Part shown: piece by piece, positions 26,821 through 34,643 of the stretch
Layout: each line of letters starts with the position of its first letter
How positions within the stretch are numbered: the first letter of the stretch is position 1
NCBI GenBank assembly: GCA_016432345.1
Contig: CP066685.1
Location: 112,236-176,235, forward strand
Reading direction: 5' to 3'
Source of the DNA: Candidatus Levyibacteriota bacterium
GTDB taxonomy: Bacteria; Patescibacteriota; Microgenomatia; Levybacterales; UBA12049
DNA: 64,000 nucleotides
Translations under genes and position numbers: made by a program
Notes under the pieces: generated by a model
What the model saw: only the letters and a program-made list of their open reading frames with translations
Told to the model about the DNA's origin: nothing
Databases searched by the model: none

Positions 26821-27464
26821 TTAACAGAGAAAACAGTAAGTTTAAGAGCATCTTCATTATAGGCAAATCTAAAAACAACAGATTTGTTTTGGTTGTTTTT
26901 AATATATAGATTTTGCTTCGAATTTGCTCCAGTTTCTCCAGGGGCATTGTAAATAGATACGCCGTACTCACGAGGCACATCGGGAATTTCTCGGAAATCA
27001 TGATTTGTTGGTGCTACAGCCTCAAGTTTAGCTTCTTTGGCCGCCCAGTACATAAGTGAGGCTAAATGGCAGACTCCATCGCCAAACAGGTAGCCATCAG
27101 ATTTAAACCCTTCTTGGTAGTTAAAGTGAGCGTTTGATGTTTTTGCTACTTTCCCCTTATATTCAGTTAGTACATCGTCGTGGAAAGCAAACATTTCCCG
27201 AGGCTTTAAAGTAAATTCATAGGAGAAGGGTTTTTTTTCATCAATTAAGCCTGGCTTAGCTTCATTTTTCATATAGGCAATAGTAAGTAAAATATTGTCT
27301 TTAAATACCTTGTTTACCCAGGCATCCGGATAGCGGTTTTCAAGCGACATAGTGCGTTTTGCAAGCACGGCTTGCTGTAGTTGAGCTTGGGGGGGGCTAG
27401 CCACGTTAAGAAATACTGCTGAAGCTGTTGCGATAGAAGTGATCGTGTTAAATATGTTTTCCAT
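26817..27464 (-). CDS. VanW-like secreted protein
   Basis: ...GDGVCHLASLMYWAAKEAKLEAVAPTNHDF...NLYIKNN...VVFRF... resembles the VanW core (GGGxCQxSxTLYxAA...NH). N-terminal signal-like segment. Confidence 0.55.
   Translation of the reverse strand: MENIFNTITSIATASAVFLNVASPPQAQLQQAVLAKRTMSLENRYPDAWVNKVFKDNILLTIAYMKNEAKPGLIDEKKPFSYEFTLKPREMFAFHDDVLTEYKGKVAKTSNAHFNYQEGFKSDGYLFGDGVCHLASLMYWAAKEAKLEAVAPTNHDFREIPDVPREYGVSIYNAPGETGANSKQNLYIKNNQNKSVVFRFAYNEDALKLTVFSVN
27389..27396. repeat. G8 homopolymer (C8 in the coding strand) in the signal-peptide region of the VanW-like gene
   Basis: cttGGGGGGGGctag; encodes ...ASPPQAQ..., currently in frame. Confidence 0.9.
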
Positions 27465-27525
27465 AAGTATTCAAAACAGAAGCAGGAGTATACCATACTA
27501 TAAGATAAAAGTCAATGGTAATGTA

Positions 27526-27554
27526 TTGACAAGCAATAACAAATCTACTATCTT
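27526..27554 (+). promoter_or_regulatory. sodN promoter: TTGACA, 17 nt, TATCTT, with the ATG 11 nt downstream
   Basis: TTGACAagcaataacaaatctacTATCTTtaaattttagtATG. Confidence 0.45.
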
Positions 27555-27565
27555 TAAATTTTAGT

Positions 27566-27985
27566 ATGATATTTTTTTTCAAAAAGCTATATAAACTTTT
27601 TCCTTCACAAACTGTTTATGCCCATTGTGATGTACCGTGCGGTATTTACGATCCAAAAGCAGCGCAGGTGGCAGCGGCAACGGTTTTAAAAATGGTGCAA
27701 AAGTTGCAAGAATATGCGCCGGATGATTTTAATAATCGCGTGCGAGCAGTATGGACAAAAGAAGAGCATGCGAGAAAATGTAAAGAAGAACTGCTTATTT
27801 TATGGACCGATTATTTTAAGCCCGAGCACCTGGAAAAATTTCCGAGTATCCACGATATATTTTGGAAAGCGGCAAAGTTGTGCAGTAAAAATAAGCAATC
27901 TGTTGATATGCAAACAGCAAAAGATTTGGTAAAAGCAGTTGATGAAATTGCCGATATCTTCCAAAAAAGTAAATCCTCAAAATGA
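27566..27985 (+). CDS. sodN: Nickel superoxide dismutase precursor (SodN)
   Basis: 19-aa leader followed by HCDVPCGIYDP, the Ni-hook motif HCDxPCGxY. Confidence 0.88.
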   Translation: MIFFFKKLYKLFPSQTVYAHCDVPCGIYDPKAAQVAAATVLKMVQKLQEYAPDDFNNRVRAVWTKEEHARKCKEELLILWTDYFKPEHLEKFPSIHDIFWKAAKLCSKNKQSVDMQTAKDLVKAVDEIADIFQKSKSSK

Positions 27986-28272
27986 TTTTCCTCAACAAGT
28001 TTGTGGTTTCTGGTCATAGCATGGAGCCAACTATACTTGCAGGTACAACACTTTTAGTTAGTTCAATCCCATATTTCTTTAAAGAGCCAAAAGTTGGAGA
28101 TATCGTTGTTTTTAAGAGACTTAGAAAGACGTTTGTAAAACGAATTAAAAAAAAAGAGAAACAACAATATTTTCTTGCAGGCGATAACATAAGTGATAGT
28201 CTAGATAGTAGAAAATTAGGTTGGGTTAGAAGAGATGATATTTTAGGAAAATTATTATGGACATTATCTTAA
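27982..28272 (+). CDS. sodX: NiSOD maturation protease (SodX, S26 signal-peptidase-like)
   Basis: ...VVSGHSMEPTI... (Ser nucleophile) and ...VKRI... (Lys). ATGA overlap with sodN. Confidence 0.75.
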   Translation: MIFLNKFVVSGHSMEPTILAGTTLLVSSIPYFFKEPKVGDIVVFKRLRKTFVKRIKKKEKQQYFLAGDNISDSLDSRKLGWVRRDDILGKLLWTLS

Positions 28273-28784
28273 TAAATATAATTTTGTTAATAGTAATTAT
28301 TTTTTTACTTATCGTCTTGTCCTGGGTTTGGCCGCCGGATAGCCCGTGGGCGCCGTGGTGGAAGACATCAAAAGAAAAGTCGCGGGCTATTTGCAGGTTG
28401 GCAAACGTCTCCTCGAAAGACATTGTGTACGAGCTTGGGTCGGGAAATGGTACAACACTTATTGTTGCTGCGAAAGAATTTGGAGCAAAGGGAATAGGAA
28501 TAGAAATTGACCCTTTGCGGGTTTTGGTATCAAAGATTAAAATTTGGCAAGAAGAATTGACAGACAAAATTACGATAAAGCGAAAAAATTTCTTTGATGA
28601 GGATTTGTCAAAAGCAACAGTAGTTTATGTGTATCTGGTGCCAAAAGCACTGGAAAGACTAAAGCCAAAGTTACTAAAAGAATTAAAAAAAGGAACAAGA
28701 CTTGTGAGTCTAAATTACGAAATTAGTCTGCCACTTACAAAGTTTGACAAAAAAAACAACCTCCGACTCTACAAAATTTCTTAA
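28257..28784 (+). CDS. Class I SAM-dependent methyltransferase with an N-terminal TM anchor
   Basis: ...VYELGSGNGTTLIVAAKEFGAKGIGIEIDP... (motif I / post-I). Confidence 0.7.
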   Translation: MDIILINIILLIVIIFLLIVLSWVWPPDSPWAPWWKTSKEKSRAICRLANVSSKDIVYELGSGNGTTLIVAAKEFGAKGIGIEIDPLRVLVSKIKIWQEELTDKITIKRKNFFDEDLSKATVVYVYLVPKALERLKPKLLKELKKGTRLVSLNYEISLPLTKFDKKNNLRLYKIS

Positions 28785-29152
28785 AGTTTTTCTCCAGTAA
28801 GAAACATATAGGCAAAATATCCTACTGACATAATCGCAAAAATTATCCAGGAGTACTTATTTGCTTCGCTGGCTTTTTTAGGAAACTTATTCTTCAAACT
28901 ATAATAATAAAAAGCACCCGCAATAACTGGTGTAGTAATTTCAGTTATCATCACTCGAGTTTTTTCGCTTTCTGTTAATGATGAACTATTGCCACTTCCT
29001 CTTAAAATTTTATTGATTGAATCATTAGTAAACCATAAGCCTACTAATCCAGCGACATTTAAAGCCAGATATAAATAGTCCCCATCTGTAAAACTAAAGA
29101 AAGCACCCGATGCTGCAATAATCATAAAAATAATAAAAAAGATTGTACGCAT
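28781..29152 (-). CDS. Hypothetical membrane protein (4 TM)
   Basis: 123 aa; hydrophobic profile only. Confidence 0.45.
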   Translation of the reverse strand: MRTIFFIIFMIIAASGAFFSFTDGDYLYLALNVAGLVGLWFTNDSINKILRGSGNSSSLTESEKTRVMITEITTPVIAGAFYYYSLKNKFPKKASEANKYSWIIFAIMSVGYFAYMFLTGEKL

Positions 29153-29172
29153 ATTAAATTATTACCTCCTTT

Positions 29173-29703
29173 TCATAGTCCCGTATTTCTTGCTTTTTGG
29201 GATTTACTAATTAACTCTTCTCTTATTTCTTCTGCTTCTTGTGGGGATACACCATTTAAATCGGTGCCTTCCGTTCCTGCGGTTTCTACATATAGACTAG
29301 ATAACCCTAACATACGTTCGAATGGACCTCGTTGAATGGTAACATCTTGAATACGACTATATGGTATTGTGATATATTCTTTCCAAATGACACCAGATTC
29401 TTTTTTTAATCCTACCTCATCTAATTTATATTTGTAATTTCGGTATGCAAGTTGAGCCTGAATAAAACTAAGTACTACTAATGGTACTATTAGTGTCCAA
29501 AACCAGTTTGCCATTCCAAAAATAAATATTTTTGCTATTAAAGGTAAATCTGATCTAGATGCTGCTTCACTTAATTCAGATAAGCTGATATCAGATATAA
29601 AGAATCTTATTCCAAGAAAAACAGCCATAATAAGAAGAAAACTCACTACTCCCAAAGAATTAAATAAGAATAACCACGATGCTTTTGGATTTAATTTTTT
29701 CAT
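29173..29703 (-). CDS. Bacterial PH-domain (YdbS/YdbT-like, bPH_2) membrane protein
   Basis: ...YITIPYSRIQDVTIQRGPFERMLGLSSLYVETAG...; ATG at 29703. Confidence 0.65.
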   Translation of the reverse strand: MKKLNPKASWLFLFNSLGVVSFLLIMAVFLGIRFFISDISLSELSEAASRSDLPLIAKIFIFGMANWFWTLIVPLVVLSFIQAQLAYRNYKYKLDEVGLKKESGVIWKEYITIPYSRIQDVTIQRGPFERMLGLSSLYVETAGTEGTDLNGVSPQEAEEIREELISKSQKARNTGL

Positions 29704-29871
29704 TATTGTTTTGTCATCCCGACCCAAAGAAATAAGTACATGTATATTATTTTGGTGACTTTTTAGAGCGATTGTTGAGTGATGGATATACGAGAATAGC
29801 AAGAGCAAGCAAAAGTATTGCTCCAATAAGAAAAAACTGCATGAGTCCTTGTGAAACTGTTTCTGGTGTAA

Positions 29872-30081
29872 TCATTTTTTCCCTTTCCCGTTTGCTTTAA
29901 CAAGCAAAATACTTGTTATCCAACAAAACAGTGTTAGTCCTAATCCAGATGGTAGCACCCAAGGACTTATTCTGTCAATCCCGCCAAAAAGAAATGGTAC
30001 CATCGTTGCTGCAAAGAAAACCTGACCTGCATCTGCTACGATAGCTGAGAGAGTCTTGAGTTGTTCTTTTGTAAGTTTCAT
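29872..30081 (-). CDS. Small 2-TM membrane protein
   Basis: MKLTKEQLKTLSAIVADAGQVFFAATMVPFLFGG...; the ATG at 30081 forms an ATGA overlap with the FemAB stop. Confidence 0.45.
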   Translation of the reverse strand: MKLTKEQLKTLSAIVADAGQVFFAATMVPFLFGGIDRISPWVLPSGLGLTLFCWITSILLVKANGKGKK

Positions 30082-31055
30082 GTGAGGCGTTTTATTTTCA
30101 AATATATCCACCGGAGTTTGTCGGCGAGTTTGTATAATTGATACAACATAAGATTAATTACTAAATCAAAACTTCCAATAAATTCTACATGTTGTGGTCC
30201 GTAGCCTTGTTTAAACTTATGAAACCCAAACCACGGGTCTTTTGGGTCGGGGTTTGGGCCGAGCGCCCCCCACATATCAAACTTTTTTAAACCCATTTTT
30301 TTTCCATATTTTATTACTTCCCACATTAGAAGATTACTTGCCATAGTTTCGCGATGGGTACTACTTGATGCGCCATATGGATAGTAAAGTGTATCACCAT
30401 AAACAAATATAATCCAAGCAGCGAGAGCTTCGTTTTTATATTTTGCCAGAAAAAGATGGGCAATATCAGGATGTAACGTATGCCACATGAGTCGGTGATA
30501 GTTTTCGGTGTGGGTGTAAAAACCTTGACGTTGTGTAGTCTCGTGAGTAAGTTTAAGATATTCCTCAAAAGCCTCATCTGAATTATCTTCAACAATTTCC
30601 ACACCATGTTTTTGGGCGATTTTAATGTTGTAGCGGGTTTTCGGATGCATGTTTTTTAAGAGTTCATCCTCATTTTTTGTAAGATCAAGAATAAAAGTAT
30701 ATTTGGTGAAGAGAGGATGGAAAGAAGGACGAAGGCCGAGATTTTTCAACTTCACCTCGGAGGAGTCATGCCCTTCGATAGGCTCAGGGCTGCCACCATC
30801 CGAGGTGTTTGCGGGAACATTCGGTTCTAATTGGATAAAAATGCAGTGTTCTTCTTTACCTATTTTTGTAAGTTCGTCAACCATTTCTTTATCGGGCAAT
30901 GGCCCTTTTGGCAGATAGCCAATAGTCCACGGTGTATGAGGTATTCTATGAATAGTTATTTGCAATCCATTTTTTTGGACAACTTTAACGCCTGTTTTTT
31001 TTCGAAATTCACCCCATTCTTTCGACTGTAATGGATGTAAAGACACAGTTCTCAT
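30078..31055 (-). CDS. FemAB-family peptidyltransferase (peptidoglycan interpeptide-bridge formation)
   Basis: 325 aa; ...FLAKYKNEALAAWIIFVYGDTLYYPYGASS...NLLMWEVIKYGKKMGLKKFDMWGA... is a typical FemAB core. Confidence 0.75.
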   Translation of the reverse strand: MRTVSLHPLQSKEWGEFRKKTGVKVVQKNGLQITIHRIPHTPWTIGYLPKGPLPDKEMVDELTKIGKEEHCIFIQLEPNVPANTSDGGSPEPIEGHDSSEVKLKNLGLRPSFHPLFTKYTFILDLTKNEDELLKNMHPKTRYNIKIAQKHGVEIVEDNSDEAFEEYLKLTHETTQRQGFYTHTENYHRLMWHTLHPDIAHLFLAKYKNEALAAWIIFVYGDTLYYPYGASSSTHRETMASNLLMWEVIKYGKKMGLKKFDMWGALGPNPDPKDPWFGFHKFKQGYGPQHVEFIGSFDLVINLMLYQLYKLADKLRWIYLKIKRLT

Positions 31056-32875
31056 AGAAATTCCGGCACGTCATCACTTTTTACCAAAATATGCGCATGT
31101 TGATTAATAACTCTTTCGGGAAGATCCATAATAAAACGGGAAACGGAATTTGATGTTTTTTGTCCAAAGAAAATTCTGTGTCTTGCATAGGTTAAAAACA
31201 ATTTTTGTTTGGCTCTGGTAATGCCAACGTAGCACAGCCTTCGTTCTTCCTCAAGTTCGCTCCTATCCATGAGGCTTCTGCTATGTGGAAAAAGTCCTTC
31301 TTCCATTCCAACCATAAAGACAACAGGGAATTCCAGTCCTTTTGCCGCATGCAGAGTCATAAGTGTTACGGCATTTCGTTTTTCGTCTCCGATAGGTTTG
31401 TCCGGCATATACTCTTGTTCAACAAGGGCAACATTTTCTAAAAATTGTGACAGGTCTGGATATTCAATAGCCACACTCCTTAATTCTTTAATGTTTTCAA
31501 GTCGTTGGCGGTCGTCCTCGTCCTTTTCATCATACAAGGAAAGATAGTCTGTTTTTTGCAGTACTGTATCGAGTAGTTCGAGTGTGGGAACTGATTGTAT
31601 ATTAGTTATTGATTGTTGTAGAGACAAGAATTTTTCTAAACGGCCTTTACCGAGTTTTTCTATACGTTTGTACGATACCGTATCTTTTGGGTTGGCTAGT
31701 ATTCGTAAATACGAGAGGACATCTTTAATTTCTTTTCTTTCGTAAAATCTGGTTCCTCCAATGAGTGTATATGGAATTCCTTGGTGGAGAAAAACCTCCT
31801 CGATAGTACGGGATTGCGCATTAGTGCGGTATAAAACGGCCATATCGGTAAGCTCTCTTTTCATAAAAGATATTTGATTGACAATAAATTCAGCTTCCTG
31901 GTATCCGTTTGTCGCTTCATAAATACTTATGTCATCGCCGTTTGGATTTTGGGTCCACAGTTTTAGTATGGGATGACTTTTATTTTTACTAATTACAGAG
32001 GATGCTGCATCGAGGATTTTTTGGGTAGAGCGGTAATTTTGAGAAAGCGGAAACGTTTTAACATTCGAAAAATCGTTTTTAAAACGGGTAATATTTTGAA
32101 AATCTGCGCCACGCCACGAGTAAATGCTTTGGGAAAAATCTCCTACGACACAAATGTTATTCCATTTTTTGGCGAGTAGCTTAGTTAGTTGATATTGGGC
32201 AAAATTCGTATCTTGATATTCGTCAACCAAAATATACTGGAAGCGATTTTGATATTTTTCTAAAACTTCTGGAGCTTTTTCAAAAAGTTCAAGGACACAA
32301 AGCAGTAGGTCATCAAAATCAAGAGCGTCATTTTCTTTTAATATTTTTTGGTATTCTCGATATACATTTGCTGTAACTTCTTGAAAGTGGCCCCTGGCAT
32401 ATTTTGGGTATTCATCTGCGCGAATTAGCTGGTTTTTTGCCTGGGAAATTGTTGCAAGTATCGAGCCGGGTTTATACTCTTTTGGAGAAAGATTAAGTTT
32501 TTTCATAACCTCTTTGATTGCATCTAACTGGTCTTGGCTGTCGTAGATTATAAATTGAGAAGAAATGCCAATATGCTTGCCGTCAATCCGCATGATTTTT
32601 GCACATAAGGCATGGAAGGTAGTGACAAGTGGCTGGTCTTTTTCTTGAAACATTTTGCGAATTCGCTCCTTCATCTCGTTTGCAGCTTTATTCGTAAATG
32701 TTACAGCGACTATATGAAGTGGATCGATACCTTTTTCGATAAGATGCAAAATTCTATAGGTAATTACCCGTGTTTTTCCGCTTCCAGCTCCAGCTAAGAC
32801 GATAAGTGGTCCATCTGTTTGTAGAACAGCGTTTTGTTGTTCTATATTTAGTCCATTGAGAAAATCTTTCTGCAT
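31052..32875 (-). CDS. pcrA: UvrD/PcrA-type ATP-dependent DNA helicase (short form)
   Basis: LNIEQQNAV...AGAGSGKT...FTNKAANEM...VDEYQDTN...; ATG at 32875. Confidence 0.88.
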   Translation of the reverse strand: MQKDFLNGLNIEQQNAVLQTDGPLIVLAGAGSGKTRVITYRILHLIEKGIDPLHIVAVTFTNKAANEMKERIRKMFQEKDQPLVTTFHALCAKIMRIDGKHIGISSQFIIYDSQDQLDAIKEVMKKLNLSPKEYKPGSILATISQAKNQLIRADEYPKYARGHFQEVTANVYREYQKILKENDALDFDDLLLCVLELFEKAPEVLEKYQNRFQYILVDEYQDTNFAQYQLTKLLAKKWNNICVVGDFSQSIYSWRGADFQNITRFKNDFSNVKTFPLSQNYRSTQKILDAASSVISKNKSHPILKLWTQNPNGDDISIYEATNGYQEAEFIVNQISFMKRELTDMAVLYRTNAQSRTIEEVFLHQGIPYTLIGGTRFYERKEIKDVLSYLRILANPKDTVSYKRIEKLGKGRLEKFLSLQQSITNIQSVPTLELLDTVLQKTDYLSLYDEKDEDDRQRLENIKELRSVAIEYPDLSQFLENVALVEQEYMPDKPIGDEKRNAVTLMTLHAAKGLEFPVVFMVGMEEGLFPHSRSLMDRSELEEERRLCYVGITRAKQKLFLTYARHRIFFGQKTSNSVSRFIMDLPERVINQHAHILVKSDDVPEFL

Positions 32876-32879
32876 GTCG

Positions 32880-32885
32880 TATAAT
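32880..32885 (+). promoter_or_regulatory. TATAAT 6 nt upstream of the tpiA ATG, inside a 16-nt divergent gap
   Basis: catgtcgTATAATgataccATG; the -35 position falls within pcrA coding sequence. Confidence 0.35.
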
Positions 32886-32891
32886 GATACC

Positions 32892-33554
32892 ATGAAGAAG
32901 ATATTAATTGTTGGAAATTGGAAATCAAACAAGACAGAGATTGAAACCAATGAATGGTTTCAGAGATTTACGATTTACGATTTACGATTTACGAATAAAG
33001 AAATCATCATTTGTCCGCCGTTTACATTATTATCAAATCTTAAATCATCAATCTTAAATCATAAATCTTTTATTAAGTTGGGTGCGCAGGATATTTCGCC
33101 GTTTGATGAAGGTGCTTATACGGGCGAGGTAAACGGGAAGCAAATTAAAGAGTTTGCCGACTATGTGATTATCGGCCATTCAGAACGAAGACGGTATTTT
33201 GGGGAAAGCGAAGATATAATTGTTAAAAAAATAGAAATGGCGCAAAAATACGAATTAACTCCAATAGTCTGTGTATCAGATATTAAGCAAGCTGAAAACT
33301 ATACGCGCTATACGCTAATTATCGCTTATGAACCGTTGTTTGCAATTGGTTCGGGAAACCCCGATACGCCGGAGAATGCAAATGAGATGGCCAAGAAAAT
33401 AAAAGAAATAATTGATGCTCCTGTTATCTATGGAGGGAGTGTAACCTCGCAAAATGTAAAGAGTTTTACTCAAATGCCAAGTATTGATGGCGTATTGCCT
33501 GGAAAGGCAAGTCTTGATGCTAACGAATTTGCAAGCATTATTGAGAAAGCATAA
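32892..33554 (+). CDS. tpiA: Triosephosphate isomerase
   Basis: MKKILIVGNWKSNKT...IIGHSERR...IAYEPLFAIGSG...YGGSV. Confidence 0.9.
   Translation: MKKILIVGNWKSNKTEIETNEWFQRFTIYDLRFTNKEIIICPPFTLLSNLKSSILNHKSFIKLGAQDISPFDEGAYTGEVNGKQIKEFADYVIIGHSERRRYFGESEDIIVKKIEMAQKYELTPIVCVSDIKQAENYTRYTLIIAYEPLFAIGSGNPDTPENANEMAKKIKEIIDAPVIYGGSVTSQNVKSFTQMPSIDGVLPGKASLDANEFASIIEKA
32965..32999. repeat. Heptamer array inside tpiA: GATTTAC x4 then GAATAAA
   Basis: Read directly; encodes ...RFTIYDLRFTNK... Confidence 0.95.
33035..33069. repeat. Heptamer array inside tpiA: AAATCTT AAATCAT CAATCTT AAATCAT AAATCTT
   Basis: Read directly; encodes ...SNLKSSILNHKSF... Confidence 0.9.
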
Positions 33555-34638
33555 AAAAGCTTTTATTGTTTTTCTCATCCTTATTTTCTTCGCAGTTTTT
33601 GGAAGACTGTTTTTTGAGGCGATAAGATGGTCGCCGGTATTTGTTGACTTCTTTTTCAAGCGAGAGATCGAGCTTAAAAAAACTGATAAGAGAGTAAATA
33701 TACTCATTTTAGGGATTGGGGGGGAAAGGCATGATGGACCGCTTTTAACAGATACAATTATTTATGCGGCAGTAGATCCAATAAAACTAAAAACAACACT
33801 TGTTTCTTTGCCCAGAGATCTTTGGGCGCCAGAGCTTAAAGCTAAAATTAATACAGCATATGCATACGGTGAAGATAAGCAAAAAGGCGGAGGAATAATT
33901 TTAGCCAAGGCAGTGGTGGAAAAAATACTTGGTCAGCCTGTTAATTATGTTATTAGAGTTGATTTCCGTGGTTTTATTCAAGCTATAGATTTACTTGGCG
34001 GAATTGATGTGGATGTAGAGCAAAGTTTTGATGACTACGAATACCCAATTGTTGGTAAAGAGGTAGATACATGTGGTTTTGAAGGGGAAGAGTTTGAGAA
34101 GCGGGCAACTGCATCAGCGCAGCTTGAGGCATTTCCATGTAGATATCAGCATGTAAGTTTTGAAAAAGGTTTACAGCATATGGATGGGGAGACTGCGCTT
34201 TTCTTTGTTAGATCTCGGCATGCAAAAGGAGACGAAGGTACAGATATGGCTCGCTCAAAACGGCAGGAAAAAGTAATTACGGCATTTAAAGAAAAAGTGT
34301 TTTCTACAGGAACACTGCTTAATCCTATGAAGGTACTTAGTCTTTATGATACTTTCCAGGCAAGTATAGATACCGATATTCAAAAAAGTGAATATGATGA
34401 TTTTTTAAGACTGTTTCGTAAAATGCAGTATGCAAAAACAGAAAGTATAGTATTTTTCTATGCAACAGAGAATGAAAAGGAAATACAGACGCTTTTGATA
34501 AATCCTAAACCAAGCGAGGAATATAATAATCAGTGGGTAATTATTCCAAGAGCTGGAAATGGCAATTTTTCCGAGATACAAAATTATGCTTCGTGCGTTC
34601 TTATAAAAGACTTAAAAGATGCATGTCCAATAAGGTAG
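33517..34638 (+). CDS. LytR-CpsA-Psr (LCP) family cell-envelope phosphotransferase
   Basis: ...NILILGIGGERHDGPLLTDTIIYAAVDP...LVSLPRDLW...FVRSRH... The start is uncertain (ATG at 33517 or TTG at 33541); both overlap the tpiA 3' end. Confidence 0.8.
   Translation: MLTNLQALLRKHKKAFIVFLILIFFAVFGRLFFEAIRWSPVFVDFFFKREIELKKTDKRVNILILGIGGERHDGPLLTDTIIYAAVDPIKLKTTLVSLPRDLWAPELKAKINTAYAYGEDKQKGGGIILAKAVVEKILGQPVNYVIRVDFRGFIQAIDLLGGIDVDVEQSFDDYEYPIVGKEVDTCGFEGEEFEKRATASAQLEAFPCRYQHVSFEKGLQHMDGETALFFVRSRHAKGDEGTDMARSKRQEKVITAFKEKVFSTGTLLNPMKVLSLYDTFQASIDTDIQKSEYDDFLRLFRKMQYAKTESIVFFYATENEKEIQTLLINPKPSEEYNNQWVIIPRAGNGNFSEIQNYASCVLIKDLKDACPIR
33718..33724. repeat. G7 homopolymer inside the LCP gene (in frame, encodes GIGGE)
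   Basis: attGGGGGGGaaagg read directly. Confidence 0.9.
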
Positions 34639-34643
34639 TATTT

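Noticed and set aside
28226-28567. 113-aa minus-strand ORF
   Set aside because: It is antisense to the sodX 3' end and to the methyltransferase, whose SAM-binding motif fixes the real frame.
32856-32891. Longer tpiA start (MRKSFCMSYNDT...) given by the ORF track
   Set aside because: The extension overlaps the pcrA start on the other strand and has no TPI homology. MKKILIVGNWK at 32892 is the canonical N-terminus and is preceded by TATAAT.
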